From the IMG/VR virus record IMGVR_UViG_3300037504_000674, positions 28,753-92,752 of that record: a DNA stretch of 64,000 nt. One strand, given 5' to 3'. The notes beneath the pieces were generated by a model that worked only from the letters and a program-made list of their open reading frames with translations, was not told the DNA's origin and made no database searches. Origin of the DNA: a virus. Shown here piece by piece: positions 28,301-37,732 of this stretch (positions are counted from its first letter, which is position 1; every line of letters starts with the position of its first letter). The position numbers were made by a program, and so were the translations under genes.

Positions 28301-30344
28301 TGCTGTAGATAGTTGCTCCACTGGTGATGAATTCGATGTGCGATTTGGCGCAGTGCAGATAGAAAAATCAGCCTACGCCACATCATACTGCGCGGGGTCA
28401 TTGAGCCACTGTTCGTGGAGCGGTACGGCCCACAACAGCACCAGCACCCGAACAGCCACAGAGGTCAATCTAGATGACCACGCCGAACTGCTTTCAGGTA
28501 ACACAGAATTCACGACTCACATAGTTTTCCAGGTGCAATATGACTACGACGCCAACTGGCCCGAGGCGACTTACAACTACATCTATGACGCATACGACTC
28601 AGGAAGCAGCAACAGGACCTTCTTCTATTACGACCCGACTGACGAGCGATTCGAGGTAAGGCCTTCGAGTGGTACGACGTTTACTGGTAGTACACAATCC
28701 TTCTCAGCGGGTGACTGGATTGTAGCTACAATCACCTATGACTACACCAATGACGAATATAAACTTTATATCAACGGAGCAGAAGATGGCAGCAGCACAT
28801 CGTCATTGTCCGCGCAGACTCTCAGTGAACTGAATGTTGGGGCACGCTTCAATGCAGCCGGGCAGGGCGGAATCGCTGTCTCGGAGTTTGCGATTTTTGA
28901 CTCCGCCCTCACCGCCGAAGAGGTCGCGGCTCTATACCAGCGCAACGCGCCGCTTGAGGATACCGGGGCGATAGATAAACCGGGCATCTATCTATATGAC
29001 GCTTGGCTTTTAGCAACATCAAGCGCTGGCAGCAGAGTTGCTATAGACCCGTCAGACGGAATACAAGCATACAGCGAGGAGAGTGGTAATCCACAAACTG
29101 TTCAGATCGATGTTGATGGGGACGTATTTCTCGGTTCTGACATCAGTTCCGTAGCAACCACAACACTATCTATTTTCTCGAACGCTCAGACTTATGACGG
29201 GGAATCGATGGGTGCCGGCGACATCCTGATGGGCCCCAAGGGCACGGACATGTTTAACATGCTGTGGGATGTGTCTACTGGGGACATGAAGCTCCGAAGG
29301 GATGAAACTGATTTCTTTGAGGTAAGCGGATCGGGTGGCACGCTTAAATTTGGGAAAGATGTAAGTGGCGTTGACACAACAGCAATGGTGGTGTTCTCCG
29401 CATCAACTACATACAACTCTGAGGGCGTGCAGGGAAACGCGGTCCTGATTGGTAGCAACAGTAGCGGATACCCAAACCTGCTTTTCAATGTCGATAAATT
29501 TATGATACGCGACGGCACAAATGATCGCTTCAAGGTTGACGCGGACACAGGAGATGTCTGGATAGGTCAGGTTGCATCTGGAAAATACAACTTCTATTGG
29601 GATGACAGCGAGGGCACCGTTGAACTCCGCGAGAACACAACGCCATACTTGATTGCAGACGGCGGTGATCAGCTGCTGGCATTCGGGGCAAATGTAAACT
29701 CAGTAAGCACTACGGCGATTGTTGTGTTCGGGGCAGACTCCACAACCTATAATTCCAACTCATACGATTCCGGCGATTTATTGCTTGGGGATGACAGCAG
29801 CGGTCACGCTAATGTATTTTGGGACAAGTCAACTGGCGAGCTTAACTTCAGAGCCGGTAGCACATCACAACTCAGGATAAATACCTCTGGGGCAATCGAG
29901 GCCGCCAGCAGCAACCGGTTCCAAATCAGTGATGCCGGTATCAAATTAGCGCGCGGCGACTCCGCTTACAACAAAATAAGTTGGACTGACAACAGCTTCA
30001 GTACAGCATACGGGGAAATATACACAGAGCTCACTGGTACCACTAGCCAAATAGTGATTAGTGCAGACGCGCCATCCGGTAATCTTGGTGGGGTATTCTT
30101 GTACGCAGAGGACGGAGATGGGTCATCCGTACAGGCGACATTGACCGTTGCTGATGGGTTAATTGTTGGTGATAACATCGGTACAACTAGCGGAGATATT
30201 TATTGCAGCGGGACGGTTTCAACTGATGGAGGCACCACAACGTGGGACCTGGGTGGGTACACATCCGCCAGCATCACGGCGGATGGTTATGTCACGGTAA
30301 CTATCGGCGGGTCTACCTACCGACTGTTGGCGGACGCTGTTTGA
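25389..30344 (+). CDS. Large tail fibre/receptor-binding protein with CBM-like and LamG domains
   Basis: VGVG..SP...LHV fibre repeats; LVVEEGTTN...QIEK..YATSY; KLYING...FAIFD.ALTAEEV..LY (LamG). Confidence 0.8.
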   Translation: MPIRPQRANIKPFLEDMRPYYSGGRTTIRGDAVSSFVGLKDNAGQDVDPSTDQRIQITDDSKVNADKSGNTIALSVTDSQIDHNSLSNYDSNEHIDHTTITITAGSGLTGGGNISSSRTINIGSGDGITVSANSIALTTPGTITAATPNSSSGNHTHATATSNNGTANPSTIAAFNASGQITAEDFFVPDGGAVGISGNELLTFNTAGNATFSGVTSVVVPDGAWVGAGADCSWVFDATNGDVTTQDKVGVGVVSPQASLHVIELGTAGTPSISSATAAVFQRSASATNANYVSIISGNAQIAGLNFGDADSETAGQIEYLHQEIPIAMRFNVEGNEIMRLIASGDVVIGDTTADRRFHVVDATTYQERVEYDGTHYTDLGTDSNGYYNMSPSGQQVRMDGDLMFVGAQAISTTTDGLTLSPADGISLDPSSGDVTATTAISADNFVSQTTGWQVAYNGNADFRNIYADELHVQAFIADVYSALAGGLIITQSRAEVTRDFTIPDTGNTSTLYVADHEGIPDTAVFSAGDYIRLRVIDRSGGGLVVSDVYGTVSGYSDLSGGEQSWTFTTTTTGYNSSDVIYTGSVALDYGQTGSGSQGVWEATVLDSAGSPYSQIKSWDTITDGEPDNFTAHVRLGNLDGLAGVGLEYGLFAGDGITDTDSYALITDTQAELHNIDLNVYNSGSTVFKIDASTPYYSLGTSAPTDFDTGVGVWAGLHSGSYKWRAGDPSGIRMQWDGTDLGIYDDSGTVRFQVNSSGAWLSNLALSETLSDSLFTSGSGLLLLGPYCEITTTSWASLRGQSATISGAFHQSAGRWPGTRALVVEEGTTNYCTNPRMYDGNSDNRADSFGRNSNLSGAPTESIISHPISERGWAQRIQYTGVAGDSNQVWFYRFGTASGEFSAGDDVTISFDYWGSADNGLDFFIQAFDASNNVIASVSLPDLVPTESVQRASLTYESLPANTDYVRFRFDAVDSCSTGDEFDVRFGAVQIEKSAYATSYCAGSLSHCSWSGTAHNSTSTRTATEVNLDDHAELLSGNTEFTTHIVFQVQYDYDANWPEATYNYIYDAYDSGSSNRTFFYYDPTDERFEVRPSSGTTFTGSTQSFSAGDWIVATITYDYTNDEYKLYINGAEDGSSTSSLSAQTLSELNVGARFNAAGQGGIAVSEFAIFDSALTAEEVAALYQRNAPLEDTGAIDKPGIYLYDAWLLATSSAGSRVAIDPSDGIQAYSEESGNPQTVQIDVDGDVFLGSDISSVATTTLSIFSNAQTYDGESMGAGDILMGPKGTDMFNMLWDVSTGDMKLRRDETDFFEVSGSGGTLKFGKDVSGVDTTAMVVFSASTTYNSEGVQGNAVLIGSNSSGYPNLLFNVDKFMIRDGTNDRFKVDADTGDVWIGQVASGKYNFYWDDSEGTVELRENTTPYLIADGGDQLLAFGANVNSVSTTAIVVFGADSTTYNSNSYDSGDLLLGDDSSGHANVFWDKSTGELNFRAGSTSQLRINTSGAIEAASSNRFQISDAGIKLARGDSAYNKISWTDNSFSTAYGEIYTELTGTTSQIVISADAPSGNLGGVFLYAEDGDGSSVQATLTVADGLIVGDNIGTTSGDIYCSGTVSTDGGTTTWDLGGYTSASITADGYVTVTIGGSTYRLLADAV

Positions 30345-30368
30345 CAAAGACGGCGACTGTGGTAAAAT
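30341..30368 (+). promoter_or_regulatory. Sigma70-type promoter TTGACA-N16-TAAAAT with extended TG
   Basis: Near-consensus; -35 overlaps the fibre stop codon. Confidence 0.65.
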
Positions 30369-30399
30369 AGATGGTGTCAACTATACTAGGAGGTCGCCG

Positions 30400-30579
30400 A
30401 TGGAAGGACCAGACAAACATTTTCTGCCGACGCCGACACCAATGATATCAGTGATACCAGCCCCGGCGCCGCCGAACGAGACCAGTACTCACCAGCTCGA
30501 GGGCTCTGGTAGCGCGGCTGGCTTATTGCTAATCTTAGTCATCTTTGCCGGGTTGGTGGCTGTAATCACAAAAAATTAG
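30400..30579 (+). CDS. Small Pro/Thr-rich membrane-anchored protein (59 aa)
   Basis: Read manually: MEGPDKHFLPTPTPMISVIPAPAPPNETSTHQLEGSGSAAGLLLILVIFAGLVAVITKN; AGGAGG RBS. Confidence 0.6.
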   Translation: MEGPDKHFLPTPTPMISVIPAPAPPNETSTHQLEGSGSAAGLLLILVIFAGLVAVITKN

Positions 30580-30587
30580 GAGGAGTA

Positions 30588-30923
30588 ATGCAAGAAATCG
30601 AATTCACGATTTGGCAGCGTCTTTCGCTCTTGCAGGTACTAGGGGGGTTGCGAGGAGACCTTAGTGTCATGCGGCGCGGGGTGAAAGTGATGGATAAAGT
30701 AGACCTCTCGCAAGATGAGCGCGAGTCTGCCGGTGTGAGGCCTGAAGGAAATTCGTTGAAATGGGAAAACCAGGCAACAAAAACCATTGAGCTAACCGAG
30801 CCGGAGTTCTCGCTTGTCAAGCGCGTCGTGAGAGACTATCAGGGTTGGACGCTGGCAGGGGCAGATGAATTATTCGACCTAGCGGAGAAACTTGACATCG
30901 AAATATCTGATAAAGACGGCTAA
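30588..30923 (+). CDS. Hypothetical protein (possible fibre chaperone)
   Basis: AGGAGG RBS; last + strand gene of the late arm. Confidence 0.6.
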   Translation: MQEIEFTIWQRLSLLQVLGGLRGDLSVMRRGVKVMDKVDLSQDERESAGVRPEGNSLKWENQATKTIELTEPEFSLVKRVVRDYQGWTLAGADELFDLAEKLDIEISDKDG

Positions 30924-30937
30924 CAGACTAGAAAACA

Positions 30938-30973
30938 AAAAAGGGCTCCGATTAGGAGCCCTTGATTGTTTTG
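30938..30973. terminator. Bidirectional terminator between converging arms
   Basis: AAGGGCTCC-GATTA-GGAGCCCTT with flanking A/T tracts. Confidence 0.7.
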
Positions 30974-32010
30974 CTAAACAATATATGTTCGTAGGTTTCG
31001 TCTTTGATTGACATCATCCTGTCGGATATCGACACAGATAGATCGCCGCTCACGCGCATCATAATTTTTCCAAGGCGATCCGCGCTGACAAATATCTCGC
31101 CCTCGCCAGTGTAGTTGGAAACTGGCATATCCACGTGGTATGCAATTGGCACATCGGCATGATGATCGTAACCGACACCCTCTCCGGCGCTCAGCCAGAG
31201 CACACCACCCTCAAGCCTCAGTCTGGCGACATCACTCTGAGAGAATTTTCTCGCTGCTTCACAGTGTCTACGTAGCACGCTTCTGGGAACTTCAAGCGAG
31301 CAAATGGACTCAAACTTACTTAGCAGCGACTCAAACTCAGGGATGTTACCATCGCGCATCGTAGCGCAGAACCTATTTTGGCTAGACGCCATCATAACCG
31401 TGCTACCCGAATCCGATATGTAAAAGTCATACTCGCCATCCGGCAGTACTGCGCCGGCGACGCCGATTGACCTCGTTGGCACAATCAGCCCATCATATCC
31501 AAAATTGCAACGCGACAACATCACCCCGTCAGCGCAGTACGCCATGCCATCTGTGGTCATAACGGAGCCCAAGGCGTCAATATATGAATCCTCATCAGCC
31601 GAAATGAACAAATTCTTCAAAGCGGCGATCTGCGCGTGCGTGATAGCACCCAACTGATTACCCTCTCCAATCCATAGGTCAGGCATCATTGTATCGCTCA
31701 TCATTCTGTGAGCAGATAGCGCCTCACCTTCTATCTCTAGCGCAGACTCACGCACCCTCAGATCAAAATACTCTGACGCATCATGTTCTAGGGCTGATAG
31801 AGTTGCATACTCTACCACAATGTCATCGCTCAATTCCTCACTAGCCTCAATGTGTGTATATAGCGACATGCCATCGACTACGCTGGCGGCGTACATGTCC
31901 AAGCCGCCAGATAATCGTATGCACTTCTCGTTGCTTCTGTTTGTTCTGGTTGGGATAATACGACGCATGTTGCTGATAGCATTGACAAATTCACTTGCTC
32001 TGACCCTCAT
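30952..32010 (-). CDS. Divergent DNA polymerase III beta sliding clamp-like protein
   Basis: ~350 aa; DnaN-like N-terminus; ADGVMLS (cf. ATDG.RL); DGNIPEFESLL (cf. EG.YPDY..VI). Confidence 0.65.
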   Translation of the reverse strand: MRVRASEFVNAISNMRRIIPTRTNRSNEKCIRLSGGLDMYAASVVDGMSLYTHIEASEELSDDIVVEYATLSALEHDASEYFDLRVRESALEIEGEALSAHRMMSDTMMPDLWIGEGNQLGAITHAQIAALKNLFISADEDSYIDALGSVMTTDGMAYCADGVMLSRCNFGYDGLIVPTRSIGVAGAVLPDGEYDFYISDSGSTVMMASSQNRFCATMRDGNIPEFESLLSKFESICSLEVPRSVLRRHCEAARKFSQSDVARLRLEGGVLWLSAGEGVGYDHHADVPIAYHVDMPVSNYTGEGEIFVSADRLGKIMMRVSGDLSVSISDRMMSIKDETYEHILFSKTIKGS

Positions 32011-32033
32011 CTGTGAACCCCTTTCAATCTTAT

Positions 32034-32061
32034 TTGACAAATTGCGCTTTTGTGGTAGAAT
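32034..32061 (+). promoter_or_regulatory. Sigma70-type promoter TTGACA-N16-TAGAAT (leaderless gene at 32068)
   Basis: Consensus hexamers with extended TG. Confidence 0.65.
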
Positions 32062-32067
32062 AAGTCC

Positions 32068-32847
32068 ATGATTGGACTAACTAAGTTCTCAAAATACAGT
32101 GACGACGATATAGCAACTGCTCAGCGCGTTGGCGCCCAGGCGATCAGCTCGCTACTAGGGCAGGATACGATGCCGGGTATGAAGCTGTACCACAACGTAA
32201 TCGCCGAGCAGCTAGACGCACCAACCAAGTATTTGAAGAGCGTGCTTGGTAAAATAGCGACCGCCAGACAGGTGGGTGTATCACACTTCGATTTACATTA
32301 TTACCCTAACTCTCGTGGCTCGGGATATGGATGGGCATGGAACAATGGTGAGCAGTTTTGCTCGTGGTGGTTACCAGTGTACTACGGTATTAAAGAGGAA
32401 TTCCCCGATCTGCACATTGGGTATCCGAAACTAGAGATGGGGACCGGTATAGGAGATTATCGCTGTAGCTCTAGGCAGTTTATGGCGGATAGCTGGCCTG
32501 CTATTGAGGCCGCTGACTTCTTGAGCGCGCTCACAACCTGGGATGACAACGGAGATGACGGTGTGTCGCGCTCGATATGGTACATGTATTATCTATCTGA
32601 GAAAATCAATAAAGACCTAACGGTAACTTTTTATAATAGCAACAACAACGTTGCCAAGCGAAGAAAGGCTGAGCAGTACATTACGTTCTACGAGGAAATG
32701 CGAAATCTTGACAACGTTATTGCTGCGTTTTGCCACACACTAAGTAGCCCGGAGGATAGCGAGGTGTGGGCTACTTGGAGGAGTGACTCTGGTGAATCCC
32801 CGATTCCATCTCTCGTTGCTCGATATATTCGAGGACTTGATTCTTGA
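32068..32847 (+). CDS. Glycoside-hydrolase-like (clan GH-A TIM barrel) protein, catalytic residues apparently lost
   Basis: FDLHYYPN (cf. FEVHNEPN), W.NG..F..W, IGYP.L, ADF, LTVTF (cf. I.ITEF). Confidence 0.5.
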   Translation: MIGLTKFSKYSDDDIATAQRVGAQAISSLLGQDTMPGMKLYHNVIAEQLDAPTKYLKSVLGKIATARQVGVSHFDLHYYPNSRGSGYGWAWNNGEQFCSWWLPVYYGIKEEFPDLHIGYPKLEMGTGIGDYRCSSRQFMADSWPAIEAADFLSALTTWDDNGDDGVSRSIWYMYYLSEKINKDLTVTFYNSNNNVAKRRKAEQYITFYEEMRNLDNVIAAFCHTLSSPEDSEVWATWRSDSGESPIPSLVARYIRGLDS

Positions 32848-33808
32848 GTCTCAGCTTCAGACGCATCAAGTCATCCATGACTGCATATGGAATTTCCTCT
32901 AGCGTCAAAACGCTTCCGTCAACTCTCTGCAAAACAATGCGATACTCTGTTGACAAGATTGTGTTATTTTCGCCAAGCTGATTGTGTTTGACGTAAACCC
33001 ATCCATCCCTGAATTCGTACTCAACCTCGACGAGAGTTTTTTCCTCGATGTACTTAATGGCATCAGTCTTTGATAGCCCGTCCTTGTGTAGCTCTCTCCC
33101 CTCGCGGATGAGATCGCGCGCGATCTTAGCAGCGGCTCTAATGCGCTCATCTGTTTCTTCTGGCAACTTACCATCGTGACCGAGCTGCTGAATCACGTAG
33201 TCATTGGTTCCGACAATTTCTGGGCTGGCGCCGTGCTTTCTTTCAAAGTGCGTCTCGAATATCGCGTCAAACACGGAGCTACCCATTGTGCGGAACTCAA
33301 CGACGTCCTTCACGATCTTGCGAAACTCTCTCTCCGGGATATCGTCGGTATCATTGGCTATCATGTACAGCTCAATCTCTCGCTTGATTTGAGAGTGGCG
33401 GGCCCAGAATGTGTTGCGGTTGAGTATGTTTGCCATTGACCTAATGAACTGAGCTTTAGATGTCCACGTTCTGCGCTGCATATATCGAACACGACCGGTG
33501 TCTGACGCAATAGCTGGTGGGACATCGCGCTGGTCATCCCACTCGTCACCAGTGATCGTATCCACGAACTTGCCGGTGGTCGCAGACTGCCACAGAGACC
33601 GCCATAGAATCCATGACATATACAGCGTTGCCGCGTAGTCAGATATATTCTGAACGCGCGCTGCCAGCAATAACTTCTCGAAGATGTCCTCGAAGTTTTC
33701 ACCGCTTAGTGGCGGCTGCAGGAGAGCGCGTAAACCCTGGAACACGCTCTCCTTGTCAGTCGTCGCTACGATATTCAGATCATCAGGTAACACTATCTTG
33801 TCAGCCAA
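32771..33808 (-). CDS. Hypothetical protein
   Basis: 345-aa ORF coupled to the annealase gene. Confidence 0.6.
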   Translation of the reverse strand: MADKIVLPDDLNIVATTDKESVFQGLRALLQPPLSGENFEDIFEKLLLAARVQNISDYAATLYMSWILWRSLWQSATTGKFVDTITGDEWDDQRDVPPAIASDTGRVRYMQRRTWTSKAQFIRSMANILNRNTFWARHSQIKREIELYMIANDTDDIPEREFRKIVKDVVEFRTMGSSVFDAIFETHFERKHGASPEIVGTNDYVIQQLGHDGKLPEETDERIRAAAKIARDLIREGRELHKDGLSKTDAIKYIEEKTLVEVEYEFRDGWVYVKHNQLGENNTILSTEYRIVLQRVDGSVLTLEEIPYAVMDDLMRLKLRLKNQVLEYIEQREMESGIHQSHSSK

Positions 33809-34652
33809 CAGCTCTCACCATTTCCTTGACTGTTTTTTCATCAACGCCGTTCACGAGCTGGTTAAGCGCCTGCCAGAATACCAGGGTGTCCGATATGGTC
33901 ATCTCTGACATCTTTTTTCCAAACAGCTCTTCCGTGTAAGAGAATTTCTTGCCCGCTTTACTCAGCAGCTTGCTAAGACTACCCCTAAATCTTGACGTGG
34001 CATCCTCCCCCAGAACGGAGCTAATCTCAGATATCGACAAGTATCCATCGGCATCTCGGAGAGCCATAAGCTGAGCGGTTAGGGCCAAGCTGTCATCGGC
34101 ACGGTCAACAAACTGATCTGGGCTAAACGGTAATTGCGCAGCTTCCAATATCCCAAACTCGGCTTCCGCTTCTTTATCCACATAATCCTTCGATGTATGG
34201 GACCTTAGTCCCTTGTACACGGATAACTGCCAACCAAGCTGACTGGCGGCCTGGTTAAGGAAGTTTGTAATGGCCCCCTTCATCGCGTAGCCGCGCCCGT
34301 TAGGGTTCTCGTGGAACCCATTTGCCTGCACGGTGATAGTTTTCTCTTCACCGTCTATAATCAGCTTATACCAAAATTCCCCACTATGAATCTCTGCCGT
34401 ATGAAACAGAGTTCCTTTATGATTTTTGTACTGCCCGACCTTGAATTCAGACGGATCGTAACTAAACCCCCACCCGTAACCGCACAGGCCGAAATACTTA
34501 TTGAAGAACTCGTTGCGGTAAGCCGGGCTAATGTCAGTTAGGTATTGAGCATTCCGCACGGCCTTATAAGCATCTTCGTGCAATGGCGCGTCCAACTTTT
34601 CTACTACCTCTTCCAATGTATATCCGCTCAGTGTCTCCGCTTCGATTATCAC
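33801..34652 (-). CDS. Rad52/Sak-like single-strand annealing protein
   Basis: LTDI.P.YR.E.FN..FG.CG.GW; AMKGAITN.L..AAS.LG. Confidence 0.7.
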   Translation of the reverse strand: MIIEAETLSGYTLEEVVEKLDAPLHEDAYKAVRNAQYLTDISPAYRNEFFNKYFGLCGYGWGFSYDPSEFKVGQYKNHKGTLFHTAEIHSGEFWYKLIIDGEEKTITVQANGFHENPNGRGYAMKGAITNFLNQAASQLGWQLSVYKGLRSHTSKDYVDKEAEAEFGILEAAQLPFSPDQFVDRADDSLALTAQLMALRDADGYLSISEISSVLGEDATSRFRGSLSKLLSKAGKKFSYTEELFGKKMSEMTISDTLVFWQALNQLVNGVDEKTVKEMVRAVG

Positions 34653-34684
34653 ACTTTCCTCCTAATGATCAATAGCTTATATAT

Positions 34685-34712
34685 ATACTACCACAATACC
34701 TATGATTGTCAA
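34685..34712 (-). promoter_or_regulatory. Sigma70-type promoter TTGACA-N16-TAGTAT
   Basis: Upstream of the AGGAGG RBS of the annealase gene. Confidence 0.6.
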
Positions 34713-35767
34713 GTCGCCAACTCCTCCTCTCTGGCTGCCAGCCTGAGATAGGCTGGGTGAAAGAATAACGGCCACATCGCCCTGCCAGACGCCCCCTTCT
34801 GCTTGACCATATGAAGCAGGAACAGCGACTCGCTTAACAGCAGGTGCCTATCATCCATACCGTTACTACCGGGTATTTCGACATAACCGCCGCGCACAAC
34901 CCTCAGGCCATTCCTACCCTCAACAATACGCCCATGATCTACACCCCCCAGCTCTGAGCGCCAGGGCCGCCAACAGGCAAAGACCTTGTTTGCGTCCTGC
35001 TCAATAGCACTGGAATGCTGACAGTGCCCCATCTCCGCCAGCTTGATGTCCAGTTGCTCAACAGCCCGTGACGCCTGCACGGCCGCGTGAACGCTTGTCC
35101 CCACCCTCACAGCCAACTCTTTCATGCGATGGATGGCTTCGGTAACCTCCTCTACCCGGTTAGATGATCCGGGGACAGGGATGCGCTGGGCGTAATCTAC
35201 CATGACCATCGCCACCTTGTTAACAGAGTCATACTCTTGTTGCAAGCACTCGATGGCGTCGAATACAACATCGGGCGTCATTCTGATGGGCGGTGAGCCG
35301 CTGAATAAAGCACTCCTTGATATACTGTGACCAATGATCCAGATTGGTAAGCTGGCACGCCTGACCGCGCGCTCCTTGAGTAAATCGATATCTACTTTCC
35401 CCCAGGCTACATCAGTTGAAGAGATTCCTTTGTAGCCCTGAATGAAAAAGTTCTCGATCTCCTCCGCAGAGTCATCGAAGGTCACAAATACAACCACCTC
35501 GCCTTCCCGGCTCGGGTCATTGGCGATCAGATTTGCCTCCCTGAGCGCCCTGTAGGCCAATAGTGAGCTTTTGCCATCTGACGGTCTCCCCATATAGACA
35601 ATTAGCTCTCCCGGTCGGTCAGGGATAACCAATCTGTCGATTTCTGGAATCCCCCAGGTCGAACCGTCTGTTTCTGCCTGAGTCCTTGCCCAGTCGATGT
35701 GAGCGGATGCCGCTTCAGAAGGGCTGAAGATCAACCGCTGAACTTCTGGTCTTAGTTTAGAAGACAT
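34709..35767 (-). CDS. DnaB-like (SF4) replicative helicase
   Basis: GRPSDGKS, VMVDYAQ, KELA, QASR, SSAIEQDA. Confidence 0.9.
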   Translation of the reverse strand: MSSKLRPEVQRLIFSPSEAASAHIDWARTQAETDGSTWGIPEIDRLVIPDRPGELIVYMGRPSDGKSSLLAYRALREANLIANDPSREGEVVVFVTFDDSAEEIENFFIQGYKGISSTDVAWGKVDIDLLKERAVRRASLPIWIIGHSISRSALFSGSPPIRMTPDVVFDAIECLQQEYDSVNKVAMVMVDYAQRIPVPGSSNRVEEVTEAIHRMKELAVRVGTSVHAAVQASRAVEQLDIKLAEMGHCQHSSAIEQDANKVFACWRPWRSELGGVDHGRIVEGRNGLRVVRGGYVEIPGSNGMDDRHLLLSESLFLLHMVKQKGASGRAMWPLFFHPAYLRLAAREEELAT

Positions 35768-36722
35768 TTGTGTACCTCACTGGAGAAGCATTATCAATCA
35801 TTGCGGACATATCGTTGGGAGTTGCACCATACTTGACAACACAGTCATCAAATTTGGCCGGTAGCGATGCTACCCTTGGGGAGAAACCGCGCTTGAAAAA
35901 TTCCTGCGCTAATTTGTAGGCTGACATCTGAGCGTCTGGGTCTAGCGCGATCACAATATCTTGACTCTTGTTAAACCAATCAAACCACCTGGGTTTCCAT
36001 TTATGCTGCCCCATAACGCCAACCGCAGAATACCCAAGCTGCACACCATGAATTGTTTTCTTCTCACCCTCCAAGATTAGCACCATATCAGGATTATTCC
36101 CAAGGATATCGGAGTTGAACAAATGAGAGCCCAATCCAGCACGATGCGGTCTATACTTATCCTTGGTGGCACCGGCGATGCGGTGGCTGATATTCACAAG
36201 CGCATTATTCTCAAAGATTGGTATGGTGTACGACGAGCGCCCCCACTTATCACTTGGGCAATGACTACAGTACCCAAGAACAAAAGCATCAATCGAAGCA
36301 TCAGTAATCCCCTCGCTTTTCCAATACCGGACCGCACCACCATCTAAATTATTGCGATATGTCAGGTGGTCGGTGCATTGGCGCATATACTCAAGCGCGC
36401 GGATGCGTTGCTCTTGCTCCTCTTGACGGCGTTCCATCTCTGCCTGGCGGCGCTCAATCGCAATCAAGCGCTTTTCTTCATCAGACATCTCATCCCATTG
36501 ATCCGCCTCGCCAGTAAGCTCGTCTAGGAAACCCTTCTTACCACATTGGCGACACCAGTAGTTTTGTTGCGCTTCCCACACGTGGAATCTATCAGACATC
36601 CCCTTAGACGACCCACACCAAGGGCAACCGTTTGTGCTGGCATACTCGCCGTGAGTCACTTTCCTAAAATTGATTCCAAACTCTCTAGAAAACCAGTCTA
36701 CAATATCGTATCTGCTTGTCAT
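35757..36722 (-). CDS. DNA primase (zinc finger + TOPRIM)
   Basis: CPWC...DRF...YWCRQC; ILEGE; IALDPD; KFDD. Confidence 0.85.
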   Translation of the reverse strand: MTSRYDIVDWFSREFGINFRKVTHGEYASTNGCPWCGSSKGMSDRFHVWEAQQNYWCRQCGKKGFLDELTGEADQWDEMSDEEKRLIAIERRQAEMERRQEEQEQRIRALEYMRQCTDHLTYRNNLDGGAVRYWKSEGITDASIDAFVLGYCSHCPSDKWGRSSYTIPIFENNALVNISHRIAGATKDKYRPHRAGLGSHLFNSDILGNNPDMVLILEGEKKTIHGVQLGYSAVGVMGQHKWKPRWFDWFNKSQDIVIALDPDAQMSAYKLAQEFFKRGFSPRVASLPAKFDDCVVKYGATPNDMSAMIDNASPVRYTNVF

Positions 36723-37732
36723 AGCACGATTTTTATCCCCCCAGACTTGTCCTTGCGGCTAAGGTCGCGCGCCGTAGAGAACAGTGAGAACGGGCTTCCA
36801 ATCGTCATTCCGCTCTCTTTGAGTTTGCGATAAGCCCGGACAAACAGACTTGGATCGCCGTTTAACCTAGCCAGCTTTATCAAACCTGCACCCCAAGATT
36901 TAACGTCTGATACGTCCCCCCAAACCGGTGCGAGTCCGCATTGCTCGTCAAGCGCCTTGCCAATACGTAGTGCTGCATCCCTGAATTCTGGATGCCTATC
37001 GAGAGCTTTTTGAAGTGCGTCAGATGACACACCCCATTTGCCCCTTATTCTGTCAGCATATGTTTTTCTAGTTTCGCCAACACGGAACTTGGCATACTCA
37101 TCTGGTGTCATTCCTTCTGGAACCCTGAACTCGCTTTTACCGTTGTTGCTTGGTGGTCTTTCCGCTAAACGAGGAATGAAGTCTTCCAGTGCTTTTTGTT
37201 GGTCAGTTGACTGTTGCGCGCCTTCGGCGCAATTATTTGTAGTAGTCTCTGTAGTAGTCTCTGGTAACGCTCTTGCATTCTGCGTCTTCGATTTTTCACT
37301 CTGCAAAATGGTTGCGTCTATCTGCAATGGGTATCCATCTAGAACGTATCCGAGTTCTAGCAGATCGCTTTGTATCTTTACAATGTTGGGGCGGTACTGC
37401 AATGTTCTATCCCATTTGTGATTGGGGTTATTGCGACGACCTAACCACCCGGACTTCACCAGTTGGCGGAGACGACGACTTATTGTGGAAGATGAAGCGA
37501 TTCCCATCAATTCCTCAGACAACTCTTCCGCGCTCTTGTAAATCCATCCATTGGTGAGCTCGCAGCTAGAATCGCCGTTTGCTCTGCGAAGCTCTTCTTC
37601 TAGGTATTTATCCGTGTCTCTGGTGCGCTCGCTCCAATACAACATTTGAGACAGGATCATCGCAGCTATAGGGTCGCCGGTTAAGGCTACCAGGTTTTCT
37701 TTGAGCGTTACGGTTTTGATCTTAGTCTTCAT
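36719..37732 (-). CDS. Replication initiator (winged-helix)
   Basis: AMILSQMLYW, GWIYKSAEELSEE, WDRTLQY, PETTTETTT linker typical of phage Rep proteins. Confidence 0.75.
   Translation of the reverse strand: MKTKIKTVTLKENLVALTGDPIAAMILSQMLYWSERTRDTDKYLEEELRRANGDSSCELTNGWIYKSAEELSEELMGIASSSTISRRLRQLVKSGWLGRRNNPNHKWDRTLQYRPNIVKIQSDLLELGYVLDGYPLQIDATILQSEKSKTQNARALPETTTETTTNNCAEGAQQSTDQQKALEDFIPRLAERPPSNNGKSEFRVPEGMTPDEYAKFRVGETRKTYADRIRGKWGVSSDALQKALDRHPEFRDAALRIGKALDEQCGLAPVWGDVSDVKSWGAGLIKLARLNGDPSLFVRAYRKLKESGMTIGSPFSLFSTARDLSRKDKSGGIKIVL

Noticed and set aside
37239-37263. GTAGTAGTCTCT x2 as replication iterons
   Set aside because: Only two copies, and they encode the ETTT linker common in Rep proteins; an origin is not supportable
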